Shown: in pieces, positions 1 through 11,849 of the stretch | Position numbering within the stretch: the stretch's first letter is position 1 | How the letters are laid out: each line of letters starts with the position of its first letter | Assembly: GCA_030141605.1 (NCBI GenBank) | Contig: JAQGDQ010001601.1 | Location: 1-32,883, forward strand | Direction: 5' to 3' | From: Tubiluchus corallicola | Lineage: Eukaryota > Animalia > Priapulida | Length of the DNA: 32,883 nt | Translations under genes and position numbers: made by a program | The notes under the pieces: model-generated | Database searches by the model: none | The model's input: only the letters and a program-made list of their open reading frames with translations | What the model was told of the DNA's origin: nothing

Positions 1-250
1 ATGCTGAAGTGTTTAAATCTTTCTGTGCAAAATCTAAATATGTTAACATTTGTCCTCCTGCAGGTTTTTTAGCTGATTCTATGGCTTGTTGAAAAGCTAT
101 CTTCACTGGAATATCATCAGTTAGTCTAAGCATATGCCCAATCCATCTTAAACGGTGTCTTTTTAAATTCAAATTAAATTCAAGAATTAGTAGAACAATT
201 GATCACTTTTTGCTCATGGTCATCACAAGTTTACATTGAAGAACCATTTG

Positions 251-659
251 GGTGGGGGGGGTCCGGTTTAGCCGATTGTCCGATTTATCCGATATGTCTA
301 TATATGGTCTATATTATACAGGAATAATCACCTTAATAAGGCGTATATACATTGCACTATATACTGTGCAATATATACTATACTGTATGTTACTTTAAAA
401 TAGTTAACCTGTGAGCATAAAGAAATTAGTGAGAGCTTTCTTTGGGGTAAGCAAATTGAATTTTGGCGGGAATCATAGCAGCCTGGGCAGCACCGCGAGC
501 CGCTTCGTCCCCCCATTAATGGCTCGTGGTGAGTTGGTAGGCCGTGTTGTGTTTAGCGCTCCGGCTCGGACGGAAATCGGTCAGTTTCCTCTACCAGGGA
601 TGACGTCCGTCTTATCCGATATCCGGGCTAACGGGGTCCGGTTTAACGAGGGTCGACTG
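251..659. mobile_element. One end of a Tigger/pogo-like (Tc1-mariner superfamily) non-autonomous element; left boundary uncertain
   Basis: Ends ...gtccggtttaacgagggtcgactg|ta (TA|CAGTCGACCCTCG on the minus strand). Repeated gtccg-ttta-ccgat subterminal motifs at ~261-292 and ~605-645. Partner TIR not seen. Confidence 0.55.
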
Positions 660-790
660 TATTTTCTTCATCTTAGAACCTTACCGAGGAGATGGGGATG
701 AAAGCCCTATGAGAATGTTGTGACAAACTGTATGTAAACAACCATAAATGCACAGTTTTCTAGTATTTAATTCATACTTTGTCATTTCAG

Positions 791-863
791 TTTCTCCTTA
801 CTACAAGACAAAGTTGAGAGGATTGTACAACACGGCATTGCAGGATGCACAGTCCGAGTCTGA
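791..863 (+). CDS. SGF29: SGF29 copy 1 internal exon (SPYYKTKLRGLYNTALQDAQSES)
   Basis: ttcag acceptor, ga|gtaagt donor; matches the SGF29 SPYYRTKLRGLY motif. Confidence 0.92.
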
Positions 864-3800
864 GTAAGTTTTCAAAGATTTCCATAAAACTGTTTAACAT
901 AATTTTTTTCAAATTAGCAGGTAATTGACGATATCATTGATAACTTTGTGACTGTGAATGTCAGAATGTTCGTAAGCAATTGCAGTCTGGCATTTACGGT
1001 CATAATCTAACAAATGAAATATTAAAGACTCTAGAGTTTGTTTTGTTTTATCAAACTCATTTAGCAAACAAGTTATGTCGATTAAAATGTTCCAAGATCA
1101 AAATGCGCTGAGCATTACCTGTGGCAGTTACAACACAGTACTAGCTGTATAAAACCTGAGCTCGTTCTAGAAGCTCAAGTTTTCTACATGGGCTTCAATT
1201 TAAGATTGAGACTTAGAAACAACAGGAAGCCTACCACTGCAGTTACTCTGCTACTAGAGGTGTTAGATCACAAGTCATGAAAAAAGGGGAACACTGAAGG
1301 CAGGGTGGTCAAACTTGTTACAAGGTAGATTCCGCCCTGCTGAGGGTGTAGGGTACCAGGCGAGGGTTCTGTGCTCAGAGCCATCTCTAGCAGGGTGAGG
1401 ATTGAGAGTCAGCATCTAATCAGGTCAGATCCTAGTGTATTCTGTAATGGTGAACATTTGATAAAGGTCATAATCGTTTGAAAAAAATTGATACCATAAG
1501 TACGCAATTACACAATAATAATAATTTTGTACTACAATCAATGTCTGCCATATTCCAACAAAATATTGTAGCGTTTAATACGTCATTTCTATTGAAAAAA
1601 ATAAAAAGGCTATTTTACAAATTTGCATTAAATTCTGTAGTTCTAGACCCTACTAAACACAAACATTAAGTAAACCTAATTTGGTAATTTTACTAATTTA
1701 TACTATGTAACACGTTCTATCAAATTATAAGATTGTCATTAAGTAAACTAAATGTTCAAGGTGATCAGTTCAATCAAATTAATACAAAATGATATATTTA
1801 CTTACATCGTACGTCTCCATAAAGCAAATCTAGTATTTACCAATATATCTGACAAATTATCACTACCATACTGTGAAAACTACTATTAAAGAAGCTTGTT
1901 AACGTCTGCCAACTCACTCACTTGCCCAGGTAGAAACAGATCTGCACAGGTCAGTGATCGTGGTCACGTGACCAACGAGATTCTTAGCGAAATTCCCTAC
2001 AAATTTGCTGCAAATATACTATAATTTTGAATAGTGGGCTAAAAAGCATGATAATTTTGCGGAAAATATGATTTTTTGCTTCCAATATAATAATAGACAC
2101 CATTCAAAATAGCAACTCTAGTTCATGCACGTACATGCCAGGTTTCTTGCATTTTATATTTGTTTTCTTTTTTTCATTTAATTTGCATTTCATTTTCTTC
2201 ACTGTGTCTGTTGCTGTTGTTGTTTACACTTCTTCATTTTAAGGTTGTTACGAAAGGCATTGGATCTCATTCAGCAGGTGAAGACGGTTCGCAACGATCG
2301 CCGCCTGGCGGCAAGATTTGCAAGCGGTGATCGTCCGAGACAGACGGTCCGTCGAGGAGTGCTCATGGCAATGCTGCAGAAAAGTGCCTTGACGCTTCCG
2401 TTGTGGATCGGAAAATCTGGGGAAAGGTACCGAAGCAATTAAATTCTGATTTTTCTTCAGAAATCTAATCCTTATCTTACTAGTGCGATAAAAGTCATTT
2501 TGCAGGGATGAGAATTTTCCGCGGATACGCGGAATTCCGAGTTTTTGTTAGTGTTATTTTGTAACACAGTAGTGTTATTTTTGTAAATCGCGTAAATTCG
2601 TTGAGAAAATTATTACGGACCCAGTACATTATTTCACAAGCTGACCGCTAGTGAGACATTATTTCACAAGCTGACTGCTAGTTGGCAGGCTGTCACTTTG
2701 TTTACATCACGTACATCAGTGTAATATCTCTATGTATAAAAACATAGAATCAATTGTGCGGAGTTATTTGAGTCAATTGCAGACAGTTTTTATATACTTT
2801 TGCACAGGAGTGGCCAGTACTTAGACATTTTTGAGACAATTAGGTATCATGTATCCTTGATAGATGGCTATTTTAAATTATGCATGAAACAAGGTAATTG
2901 ATATTTTAAGTCCACTTAGAGGCTCTCTACGGTCACAAAATTGCAATTTGTTGCTGGCTCCAATGGGGCTGCCTGTTTCAGAGTTTTTTGCAATTTGTCA
3001 TTCTCATCCATGATTTTGTTACTTGTGAGACATGCATCGTGATAGAGTAAATTGAGCAACGTCGATCAGTCGATCAAGCAACGTGTCATTAAACTGCATA
3101 CAGTTTATACGTCAGGCTGAATAAGAGTAAAAATTTTATATGCAAGAACATTTTAAACAGTGATGAAAACTTTACTTCTGTAATTAGACGTCATTGGCGT
3201 AGTTTGTTATATCGTTAATTGTTAGTTGTGTTATTTTCGTGGACATAATTATAGTATTTTTTTTATTAATTTGTGATGTGTTTCTGAAGAAATTGCAGTG
3301 TCTAGCGTCATTCATGAAATCAACTGTTTTATTTCAGACCGCCACCACTATGTGGCGCTGTGCCCGCTGATAGTAACTACATAGCCAAGGTTGGTGACAC
3401 GGTAGCGGCGCGAGTCAGAGCAGACGATGGAGATGAAAACTGGATCCTAGCCGAAGTGAACTCTTACAGCCACAACACGGGAAAATACGAAGTTGATGAC
3501 ATAGACGAAGAACAAAAAGAGTAAGTCGGGCAGTGAGTCAGGCAGTTATAAAAACCCTTTAAGTTTATAAGCGCGTAACACAGTAGTCCACTCTTCAAAT
3601 GGCATTAACTGTGTTGCTAAATATATGAAGCATAACTACTGCCTGCTTACCTACTTACATGTGACAATAATAGACAGGACGACTTTGTGAAAGTCATGTG
3701 TGAGGTTGTAGATGAATCACTTTGTAGAAAAAGAATAAAACACTATACTACATACACATATGTAGAATGGCTGCTACACTGAACACTGAGAATAAGAGTG

Positions 3801-6800
3801 TCCTGCACTGATCACTGAGAGGTAGACAGTAAGTAACATGATTAGCACGACTGCTGCACTGCACTAAGAGTGAGACAGACAGTGACTAGAAGTAGAATCC
3901 AGTCAGTATATATAGGTATAGGTGATTATGCAAACTTGGCTTCACAAAAACCATTACTGTAAAATAGGGACAGATCCAGTGAAGATGCATATTCACTGGA
4001 CTGTACAATTATACTAGGGGTGAGTTTAGCTAGTAAAATGTAAAAGGATTAGTTAATAGATGGCAGCACCTAAAAATATACAGTTACAATTTCCACAGAC
4101 TTTGCCATCTCTTTGGTACTGTTTTCAATTGTATGTAGGGATGTTAAACAATACAAATTTGGCGATACGTTAGCGATATGACACGATGAATTATTTCGAA
4201 CGATAAAAACAATACCGCACGTAACTGGGAAAATGACTCTAAAAATACTGCACTTGGCATTCATGAGTCACTAAACCGACTGAAGACAGACGCTATTGCT
4301 GGAAGAAAGTACAAGAAGATTAATCAAAAACCTTATAAAAACCCTTTTTTAAATTTTTTTGCGTAATTCCATTGCAGAACTGAAAAAGAATCGTGAAATG
4401 ATTTATAAAGGTGAGCAATGAGCAATGATATGCACCAAATTCGATACGATAACAATAAAAACATATTTTTCGTATCGATGCAATAATTATTGATATGTAT
4501 CAATCTTGTCATCCCTAAATGTATGTACTGTTACCAGATTTTAGGCCATGTGAGCTTCTTATTTGGTATATTTAGTTTTGATAGAAGCTGTTCACTACTA
4601 CGAAAAATGACAAGAACTATTTTTGGTGCCAAAGACAAAACCAAAAACAAAATCAGCGCTCTGCTGATCTGTCTGTTTGGTTCTGGTATGAGAAATGACT
4701 GTGCGTGCCTGAATCATTTTGCCAGCTCTTGTTAATAAATGGTTTCTTCCTCGAACAGGAGACATGTAATAAGCAAACGTCGTGTTCTGCCTCTTCCGCT
4801 CATGAGGGCTAATCCGGACACAGATCCTGATGCTTTATATGCGGAAGATACTGTAAGTAATTGATCATAATTACAAGATTAGTGCAAGTCAAAAAGGCTT
4901 TCATGTTGCATGTAATATTCGTGTTTATTATATTGCTTTAGTTAAAAGTGCTAACCGTAATTTAAAATTTGACACTATTTTTATTAAATTTCATGGCTTC
5001 TTTCCTAATGAAAATGGGTATAGGATTTGCATCCCACCCAAAAAAGCCGTTTTGTTCGGTTTTGCTCGTGAAACATCGGAAAATCGCAGCCTAAACAAAT
5101 ACACTAGCAACGGTTTCCTTGGATACCACGTGGTTTCTGTGAGGGTAAATTTTTAGACAATGCTAAACAGTGAAATGTGACACGTGATGAACAAACGCAA
5201 ACATTCTCGTAACTAAGCCGTTCCTGGCGCCATCTAACGCGAGATTCAGTCTTTCTTCAGAAATGAAATCTTCAACCCCGAATTACTAGATTGGCGCAAG
5301 TTAAAAAGGCTTTCATTTTACGTGTAATATTCATGTTTATGCTTCCAACTGGCTTGATTAGAGAAATAATTAAACTAAGTGGAAACTTTGGCATATTAAT
5401 TCTTTTGCTTACATTTATTAGGGGCGAGCATCGAATGCTCGAATTCGATTCGAACGAGTTTTTTTAGTTCGAACTCATTTCGAATCCAAAACTATAGATT
5501 CGTATAATTCAGCACTTCAATCACACATGTTGTTTATCACAAAAACGATTGAAACATCACGCAATTAGCATAATTTAACTGTGATTTCTGCACACAATTT
5601 TAAAGAAATTACTAGTCGTTTTATTGCACAACAAAATGTAGTGATATGCATGATCTTTGTAAGACTAAGTTTTGCTGGTGCTTCGAAAACTTGTTCAAAA
5701 ATCTTTCAATCTCAATTAGAATGCGAAACACTGAAGTTCGGTTCGATTCGAAAGTCACAAATTCGGTTCGATTCGAATTCCCTTTCTGGTAGAGAATGCT
5801 CACCCCTACTGTATGCTGAGTTTGTAAGAAATTTAACTTAAACCGCGAAAATTTCGAAGAGTAATATTCTCTCGATTCTTGATGGTATCAGAAATTTTGC
5901 TAAGTCATTTATAATAGAGTTGTTGTAGTAAATATTAAGTGTTGTAGAATAGCATCGTATATATTAATTTCGCTTGTATATATATTTATATATATATATA
6001 TATATAAGATTCGAGGCTACAGCTTCAACGATGGCACCATTTGCAGCGATCTGTATATCAAACGAATTTATCTTCTATTTCAGTTAGTTTTGGCTCTTTA
6101 TCCGCAGACAACGTGCTTTTACCGTGCACTGATTAGTGAACTGCCACCAACAGTATGTATATCTTCCCTTTTTATTCGCTTTTTTACTATTATTACTCAG
6201 TCGATGAATCACAGAGCACTCGCTGTGTGAAGGTGTTATAAGGTTTTTCTCTGGCAGTATTGGTTCATAATTGCCTCTGGAAATCTGGTGCATTGTAAGT
6301 CTGTTAAAGCGGCCATTGTGGTTTGTCCATTGTCGCTGTTCAGTACACTTTGTAGATAGCACTCAGGCGTAATAAATAATAAAAATAATAATAAAAACAG
6401 TATAAATGATACAAATTATCAAAAAAGAAGTGAAAACAAAAAATAATAAAGTTAGTACCCTAAATCTAAACAAAACAATATAATTAATCATAATTACTGA
6501 ATAATTGTATTGTTTTGTTTAGATTTAGGTATCTAACTTTATTATTTTTTGTTTTCACTTCTTTTTTGATAATTTGTATGGTTTATACTGTTTTTATTAT
6601 TATTTTTTCTTATTTGTTTTTGTTTTTGTTATCTGCAGCTTCACCATTTATTTTTAATATGCTAATCTATTGACAAGAAAGGGCTGGAGACTAGATGACC
6701 CTATGGTCCTTCCCTAACGCGGTTCCATGATTATAATTACGTAATATTTAAAAAACTTTTTATGTCAAACTAATTGGAGAAAATAAATGTTCTATGTCTA

Positions 6801-7096
6801 TGTCTATGTCTAGAAATGACTGCATCTACTTAGCAACCAAAACTAAGCAATGCTCAAGCGGACTCTTTTGTACCGTACACTGCCAGGATATGTCTTCAGA
6901 TGTCATTTCAGTTATTGCATTACAATGTGAACTTCGGGGCCTAACCAAACACATGTAAGCTTTTGTTTTTTTACAGCACCAGGGAGAGTACCTTGTGTTG
7001 TTTGAAGACACCTCGTATCCAAATGGGTACTCGCCGCCACTTCATGTTGCTCAGCGATACGTGGTGCAGTGCCGAGATGTGAAGAAAGGAAAATAG
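791..7096 (+). CDS. SGF29: SAGA-associated factor 29 (SGF29/CCDC101), 5'-partial spliced gene, copy 1; exons 791-863, 2244-2426, 3338-3520, 4759-4852, 6084-6152, 6977-7096
   Basis: Six GT-AG exons join in frame: SPYYKTKLRGLYNTALQDAQSESE-LLRKALDLIQQVK...RRGVLMAMLQKSALTLPLWIGKSGER-PPPLCGAVPADSNYIAKVGDTVAARV...WILAEV...YEVDDIDEEQKE-RHVISKRRVLPLPLMRANPDTDPDALYAEDT-LVLALYPQTTCFYRALISELPPT-HQGEYLVLFEDTSYPNGYSPPLHVAQRYVVQCRDVKKGK*. This is recognisably the SGF29 coiled-coil plus tandem Tudor C-terminus. Confidence 0.96.
2244..2426 (+). CDS. SGF29: SGF29 copy 1 internal exon (LLRKALD...LPLWIGKSGE)
   Basis: Polypyrimidine tract + aag acceptor, ag|gtac donor; RRGVLM..LQ.SA.TLPLWIGK motif. Confidence 0.94.
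2503..3012. mobile_element. hAT-like MITE in SGF29 intron
   Basis: 13-bp TIR cagggatgagaat / attctcatccatg (1 mismatch), flanked by attttg on both sides; internal 30-bp tandem duplication at ~2626-2682. Confidence 0.65.
3338..3520 (+). CDS. SGF29: SGF29 copy 1 internal exon (PPPLCGA...YEVDDIDEEQK), Tudor 1
   Basis: ttcag acceptor, ga|gtaagt donor; WILAEV and YEVDDID motifs. Confidence 0.95.
4136..4517. mobile_element. hAT (Ac-like) MITE in SGF29 intron
   Basis: TIR tagggatg / catcccta; 8-bp TSD attgtatg / aatgtatg (1 mismatch); subterminal cgata(c)g motifs. Confidence 0.75.
4759..4852 (+). CDS. SGF29: SGF29 copy 1 internal exon (RHVISKRRVLPLP...EDT)
   Basis: aacag acceptor, act|gtaagt donor; in frame with neighbouring exons. 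Confidence 0.93.
5419..5808. mobile_element. hAT-like MITE in SGF29 intron
   Basis: 13-bp TIR taggggcgagcat / atgctcaccccta (1 mismatch); multiple subterminal ttcgattcgaa motifs at both ends; no TSD recognisable. Confidence 0.65.
6084..6152 (+). CDS. SGF29: SGF29 copy 1 internal exon (LVLALYPQTTCFYRALISELPPT), Tudor 2
   Basis: ttcag acceptor, aca|gtatgt donor; hallmark LALYPQTTCFYRA motif. Confidence 0.95.
6381..6607. repeat. AT-rich local inverted repeat (~105-bp arms, short loop), foldback-like
   Basis: aaaaataataataaaaacagtataaa...aaacaaaacaata pairs with tattgttttgttt...tttatactgtttttattattattttt. Confidence 0.9.
6977..7096 (+). CDS. SGF29: SGF29 copy 1 last coding exon
   Basis: tttttacag acceptor; YLVLFEDTSYPNGYSPPLHVAQRYVV; TAG stop at 7094-7096. 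Confidence 0.95.
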   Translation, partial: HQGEYLVLFEDTSYPNGYSPPLHVAQRYVVQCRDVKKGK

Positions 7097-9811
7097 ATCA
7101 TTTGTAAATATTTGTTATTTATATAATTGACTGTCACGATGCGTTGTGTATCACATGTTAAAATTTAATCACGGCTAGCTGATGCCATTTTAATTTCTTT
7201 GCACAAAAACTCTTGCCTTCTTGTGTTTCAGAATATTGACTATAGGTGTCAGTAGCTCCTAGAACATTGATTTATATTGCGATTGTACTTATCAGTATTA
7301 ACTACAGGCTTATGCAAACACTTTATGCTTGTAGATATGTTATAAGTTACGAGTTTATTTATTTCCACTCTGCATCTAACAGTTAAAATAAAAATACAGA
7401 TCCTTTCACTGAAGTAAATATAAATATAAATGCAATATTATCCAGAAATTACAAAAGAGATTCTTATGCAGCATATACATGTGCAAATTACATTACAGAG
7501 TCATTTTGATGCATGTAGTTTGAGCCTAAAAGCATAGCCTGACAGCCAAACTGTACGTGGAAATCTTAAAGAAGTGATTAATAATAGAAATAATGATAAT
7601 ATATACATAAATGTGTGGGGGGGATGGTAGTGAATAAAAGATGAAATGGAGTGAGAACTAAGAAAGACTGTGATCATGCCTGAATAATGCTTGTGTAATA
7701 AACACTGGCATCCAACCCGCTGTTATAATTTATTAAAAGCCAAAACATTTCAATCGCCTCTGCAACCTTTTTATCAATTGGAATCCGTAATGAGAACAGT
7801 GTGTAATGTGTTAAATTTGTGTTTGTACAGCAAAAATGTATGTCGGCTTTTCTTGTTATTGACAAAAACCTTACTGTTCATTTCATCGCTCTATGTTATT
7901 TCTAACCTGAGATAATACACATTGAAGTTGAAGTGCATGCTGTTAAATACAATTTCATTTAAGAAAATTGCTGTTAAAAATTTACCATTGTTATAAATAG
8001 CATCCGCACAAAAGGGTGGCTGCTATGGAGTTTAGTAAGAGCAGATTCAGGTTATGTTTAAATCCAGTAGATGGCTCTTCCAGGGAATGATCTGAGCTTG
8101 GTAACAGAAAAAACTGTAAGCAAAATGATTGCTTCCAGGGGCTGCTATTGGAGTTTGAAAATACAAGTTTTTGACAAATGCAATACTAGTTTTTAGGCAG
8201 AAAAGTGGGTAAGGGGTTTCAAAATTTAATTTTTAGTATTTTGTAGACAATCTTCTGATGATTTCATGCTAGAATATGAAAGTCCTATATATTGGGTTGC
8301 TCCCCTGTTCAGGAGAAATTTTTTCTACATGTGTGTGTTGTGTATATCAGCTACATAAAGAAAGACAGATTTGTAAGAGGAATTCACCACGAAACTTGTC
8401 TTGTGCGCTTCATGCCTGTCTGTGTTTGTGGCACAGGTGCTGCAATGGAGGTAAAAATAAATAGCATTTTGTTTTTGTAATAATATATAAAGTGCCATTA
8501 CCAAAAGGGAATAATCACTTTGTTGCTACCTGAAATAATAAAGGTCTTAGAAATATTAAATTTTGTAACGAGTTAATATTACCAGGAGAGTTTCAATGAT
8601 TTAGCGTCTTAAACTGTTTAATAACATAATAATGACGTAAGTCTAACGTTGGAAACCAATACGTTGTAATACAATTGTTATTGGAACCCATTATGATATA
8701 TATATATGTATATATTACAGGTAATTTACATTTATATGTATATATGTAAAATGATAACCATGTCTCAGTGTTTCATGTGTGTGTTTGTCCTTCTCTGTGT
8801 GGCTAATTTGTGACCCCCACAGCAGCCAAGATATACATATTTGTCATGATTGTGCATTTGTGTTTGTCAATTTCATTAGAGAAAATGAATTGCGGTACAA
8901 ATTGTTCAAAGGAAAATGGGACTATTGATTACACTCAATCTCATTTTAATTTACTGTCTAAAATGTACATTTTCTTGTCATAAAAGGTTAGCAACTGTTT
9001 CTAATATTTGAATAATTGCCTTGGAAAGTTAATTAATGGTAACCGAACACAGCTATCACTCACATCACAAACTAACCACAGTTTGTGCAATGGTAGGCAT
9101 CTTCCGTTTGCATTAAGCACGTTTGCGTAAGCGAAGATAGCTATAAGATACTGATGTGATGTCATGAAAATGAGCTCATCATACATCATACATTATATGA
9201 CGTCAGAAACTAACACTGCAGTTGATGATCATGGTTGTCACTGTACCGCCTTCTATTTGTCGGCCACGCAGATGTGAGAAAAACGCGTAGCTGCCAATCT
9301 TAGTGGATTCACTGAGCCGCGCGTAGCTTTGAAAGTTTAACGGAATTTAAGTTTCCGAGGTAATTATTATTAAATGTAAGCTTTGATTTAAAACAAGCTG
9401 TTGTAGTTTTCAATATTTTTGAGCATTCTTTATTTTGAACCAATGTTTACACGATCATTCAGTTTTCCTTTAACATTTTATTTCTATTGTACATATGTAG
9501 AGATTTGAACACTTTCAGTAGTGGAAGTGAAAAAAAGAATATACAAAAATAAATCAAATCTCATTTAACTAATACAATAATTTTTTGTTTTGTATTTGGT
9601 AAGTCATTTTTAATTTGCTTATCAATATATATTGCAAAGTGAATATAGCTTTTGAACATTGTAAACGTTAGTGTTAATGTGAAAAGGGCGGATTCATTTC
9701 AACTTTGAACTCATGTAATTTTCTTTTTAAGTAATTACAATTTATTTATTCAAGTGAGTTAAATCATTATATATATTACACATAAATTTGCACACACTCT
9801 TATAAAAATAC

Positions 9812-10208
9812 ATTCAGAGTTGCCCTGACAACAGGAACACCCTCTCTTTCTCCCTGGTGTAGTCCAAAGGAAAGCGGAGCGATACGTTTGGCACCAGGGC
9901 GGTTGCAGGAGCTGTCGGAGTCAGTGAGCATGCTGCACTGGTCCGCCTTCGGTGCTCCACTCCTGATTTGAAAGGTTTACTCCTCTACACATGGCCGTTG
10001 GGTCACTTGACCTCCTCCGCTCTCTAGCCATTTTGGCTGCTTGTGCAACTCCTCCGCCTAGTGTCAAGATACAGTGTGGGCATCCCACAAGCCTACAGCA
10101 CCTGGTATTCCTAGGCGGTCACCCATCCAAGTACTGACTAGGCTCTACGTTGCTTAACTTCGGTGATCAGACGAGAGCTGGTGTTTTCAACGTGATTTGG
10201 CCGTTGAA
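9812..10208 (-). mobile_element. 5S rRNA-headed SINE (SINE3-like): 5S head + ~280-bp GC-rich body
   Basis: 5S copy runs directly into a GC-rich body embedded in AT-rich flanks. TSD not clear. Confidence 0.65.
10089..10208 (-). pseudogene. Full-length 5S rRNA-derived sequence (SINE head or 5S pseudogene)
   Basis: 120 nt collinear with animal 5S rRNA (acggcc..cacgttgaaaacacc..ctcgtctgatcaccgaagttaagcaacg..gtacttggatgggtgaccgcc..gaatacc.ggtgctgtaggctt). Box A and box C are recognisable, there are several substitutions, and no oligo-T terminator follows. Confidence 0.85.
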
Positions 10209-10989
10209 TTCTGCACATAAAACAATAAAAGCAAAGGAAATGGATAGAGAGGTTGAAGTAATAACTTGTATTTTCCTTTCCCTTGAGTTGTTTTTCTATT
10301 CAATTCAGTTTCAATTTATTTATCTCTTTATAGTGTTACAATAAAATATGATTAATAAAAGAATCTCTAATAAGTTTTGAAAAATGGTTAAAGTGTATAG
10401 ATGGATCTAGAACTAGAGAAAGGATAGCGAAAAGACTATAAAGTCACCTAGTCTGCTATCCTTTACCGAATATAGATAAAAAGATTTTTAGACACTGGTG
10501 GGCATTAATGTTATCAGTTTAATTTGGGAAACAATAGTAATTTTTAAAATTATGACATTTTCTATATAATCCAGAGAAAAGAATATACATGTAGTTTAAT
10601 TAGCGGGCAACAAAATAAGGTCAATCTTGATTAAACTAAAAATTGTATTTAGATTTTATGTGAAATACAGGTGAAAATTGTTATGAAATGATAAAAACAT
10701 TTGGGTTAATAATGCTATTAATCAACAACAGGAGTTAAATACATTTTGATTTGAGTTCAACTTCATTATTTCTAGGCTTATTGATTAAGAACAAATCTAC
10801 TGACTTGGACAATAATACTAAATAATATATTTCTCAATATGCTGATAAGACAAACATTTAGCTATAAAGGTTTTTTAGTAATTTTATAAAGGAGAGGTAA
10901 GACTTGTGCAATCTGTGAACAACACCGTTCAGAAAAGTAATTTTTGATGTTCCTGTCTACCATTATAGACAATGCATTACATTGTACAA

Positions 10990-11530
10990 TTTACATCACA
11001 CACATTACATAACATCACAGACATGCGCACACACATGCGTACACATTACATAACATCACACACATGCACGCACACACACACATGCACACACACACATTAC
11101 ATAACATCACACACATGCATGCACACACACACATTACATAACATCACACACATGCACGCACACACACACACACATTACATAACATCACGCACACACACAC
11201 ACACATGCACATACACACACACTACATAACATATCACACATGCACACACACACACATTACATAACATCACACATGCATGTGCACAAGCACACACGCACAC
11301 ACACACACACATTACATAACATCACACACATGCACACACACACACACATTACATAACATCACACACATGCTCACGCATGCACGCACACACACACACATTA
11401 CATAACATCACACACATGCGCATGCACACACACACGCACACACACACACACTACATAACATCACACACATGCGCACGCACACACACACACGCACACACAT
11501 TACATAACATCACACATGCACATTACACTA
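10990..11530 (+). repeat. CA-rich compound minisatellite, ~12 units of (t/c)tacataacatcacacacatgc(ac)n
   Basis: Constant core tacataacat recurring every ~35-55 bp, separated by variable (CA)n/(CG) tracts. Confidence 0.92.
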
Positions 11531-11849
11531 CACTGTATATTATACTAGTTCATTATAATTATATTAAATAAGATTTTACTCCTAAAATTACTTTTTAATC
11601 TAAAATCACAAATTACATTATATAATAAAACTACATCTAAAATTAAATTTTGCACTAGATGGGTCGCACATTCTTTTTAAAATTATTCGTTGCTGAATTC
11701 GTGACTTTTGATAGCTGCGAATTTAACTCTTTTTCGGAGCACAGTGACGCATTTACTTTCTTAAATTTCGTTATCTAGGCCATTTCATAGCTTAACAGCA
11801 ACAACTGATACATCGATTTTTTTCTTATAAGCCACGATTATGGCACTAA

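Noticed and set aside
1301-1440. hAT-Charlie-like end cagggtggtcaaac followed by a GC-rich hairpin-prone segment
   Set aside because: No partner TIR or TSD found. Probably a repeat fragment but it cannot be delimited.
2245-2442. Stand-alone 65-aa protein
   Set aside because: It is an internal SGF29 exon read through its donor site.
7387-7702. AATAAA hexamers downstream of the SGF29 stop codon
   Set aside because: Several candidates in AT-rich DNA; the true poly(A) site cannot be chosen without transcript data.
8255-8285. CTGATGA...GAAA hammerhead-like motif (also ctgatga at ~16964)
   Set aside because: Stem II would consume the GAAA, and stems I/III with an NUH site could not be built.
10089-10208. 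Functional 5S rRNA gene
   Set aside because: Not in a tandem array, substitutions disrupt the terminal and internal helices, and there is no oligo-T terminator. Treated as SINE head or pseudogene.
10972-11571. His/Thr-rich ORFs and CRISPR-like repeat-spacer appearance
   Set aside because: The spacers are just (CA)n length variants of a minisatellite. The context is eukaryotic and there are no cas genes.
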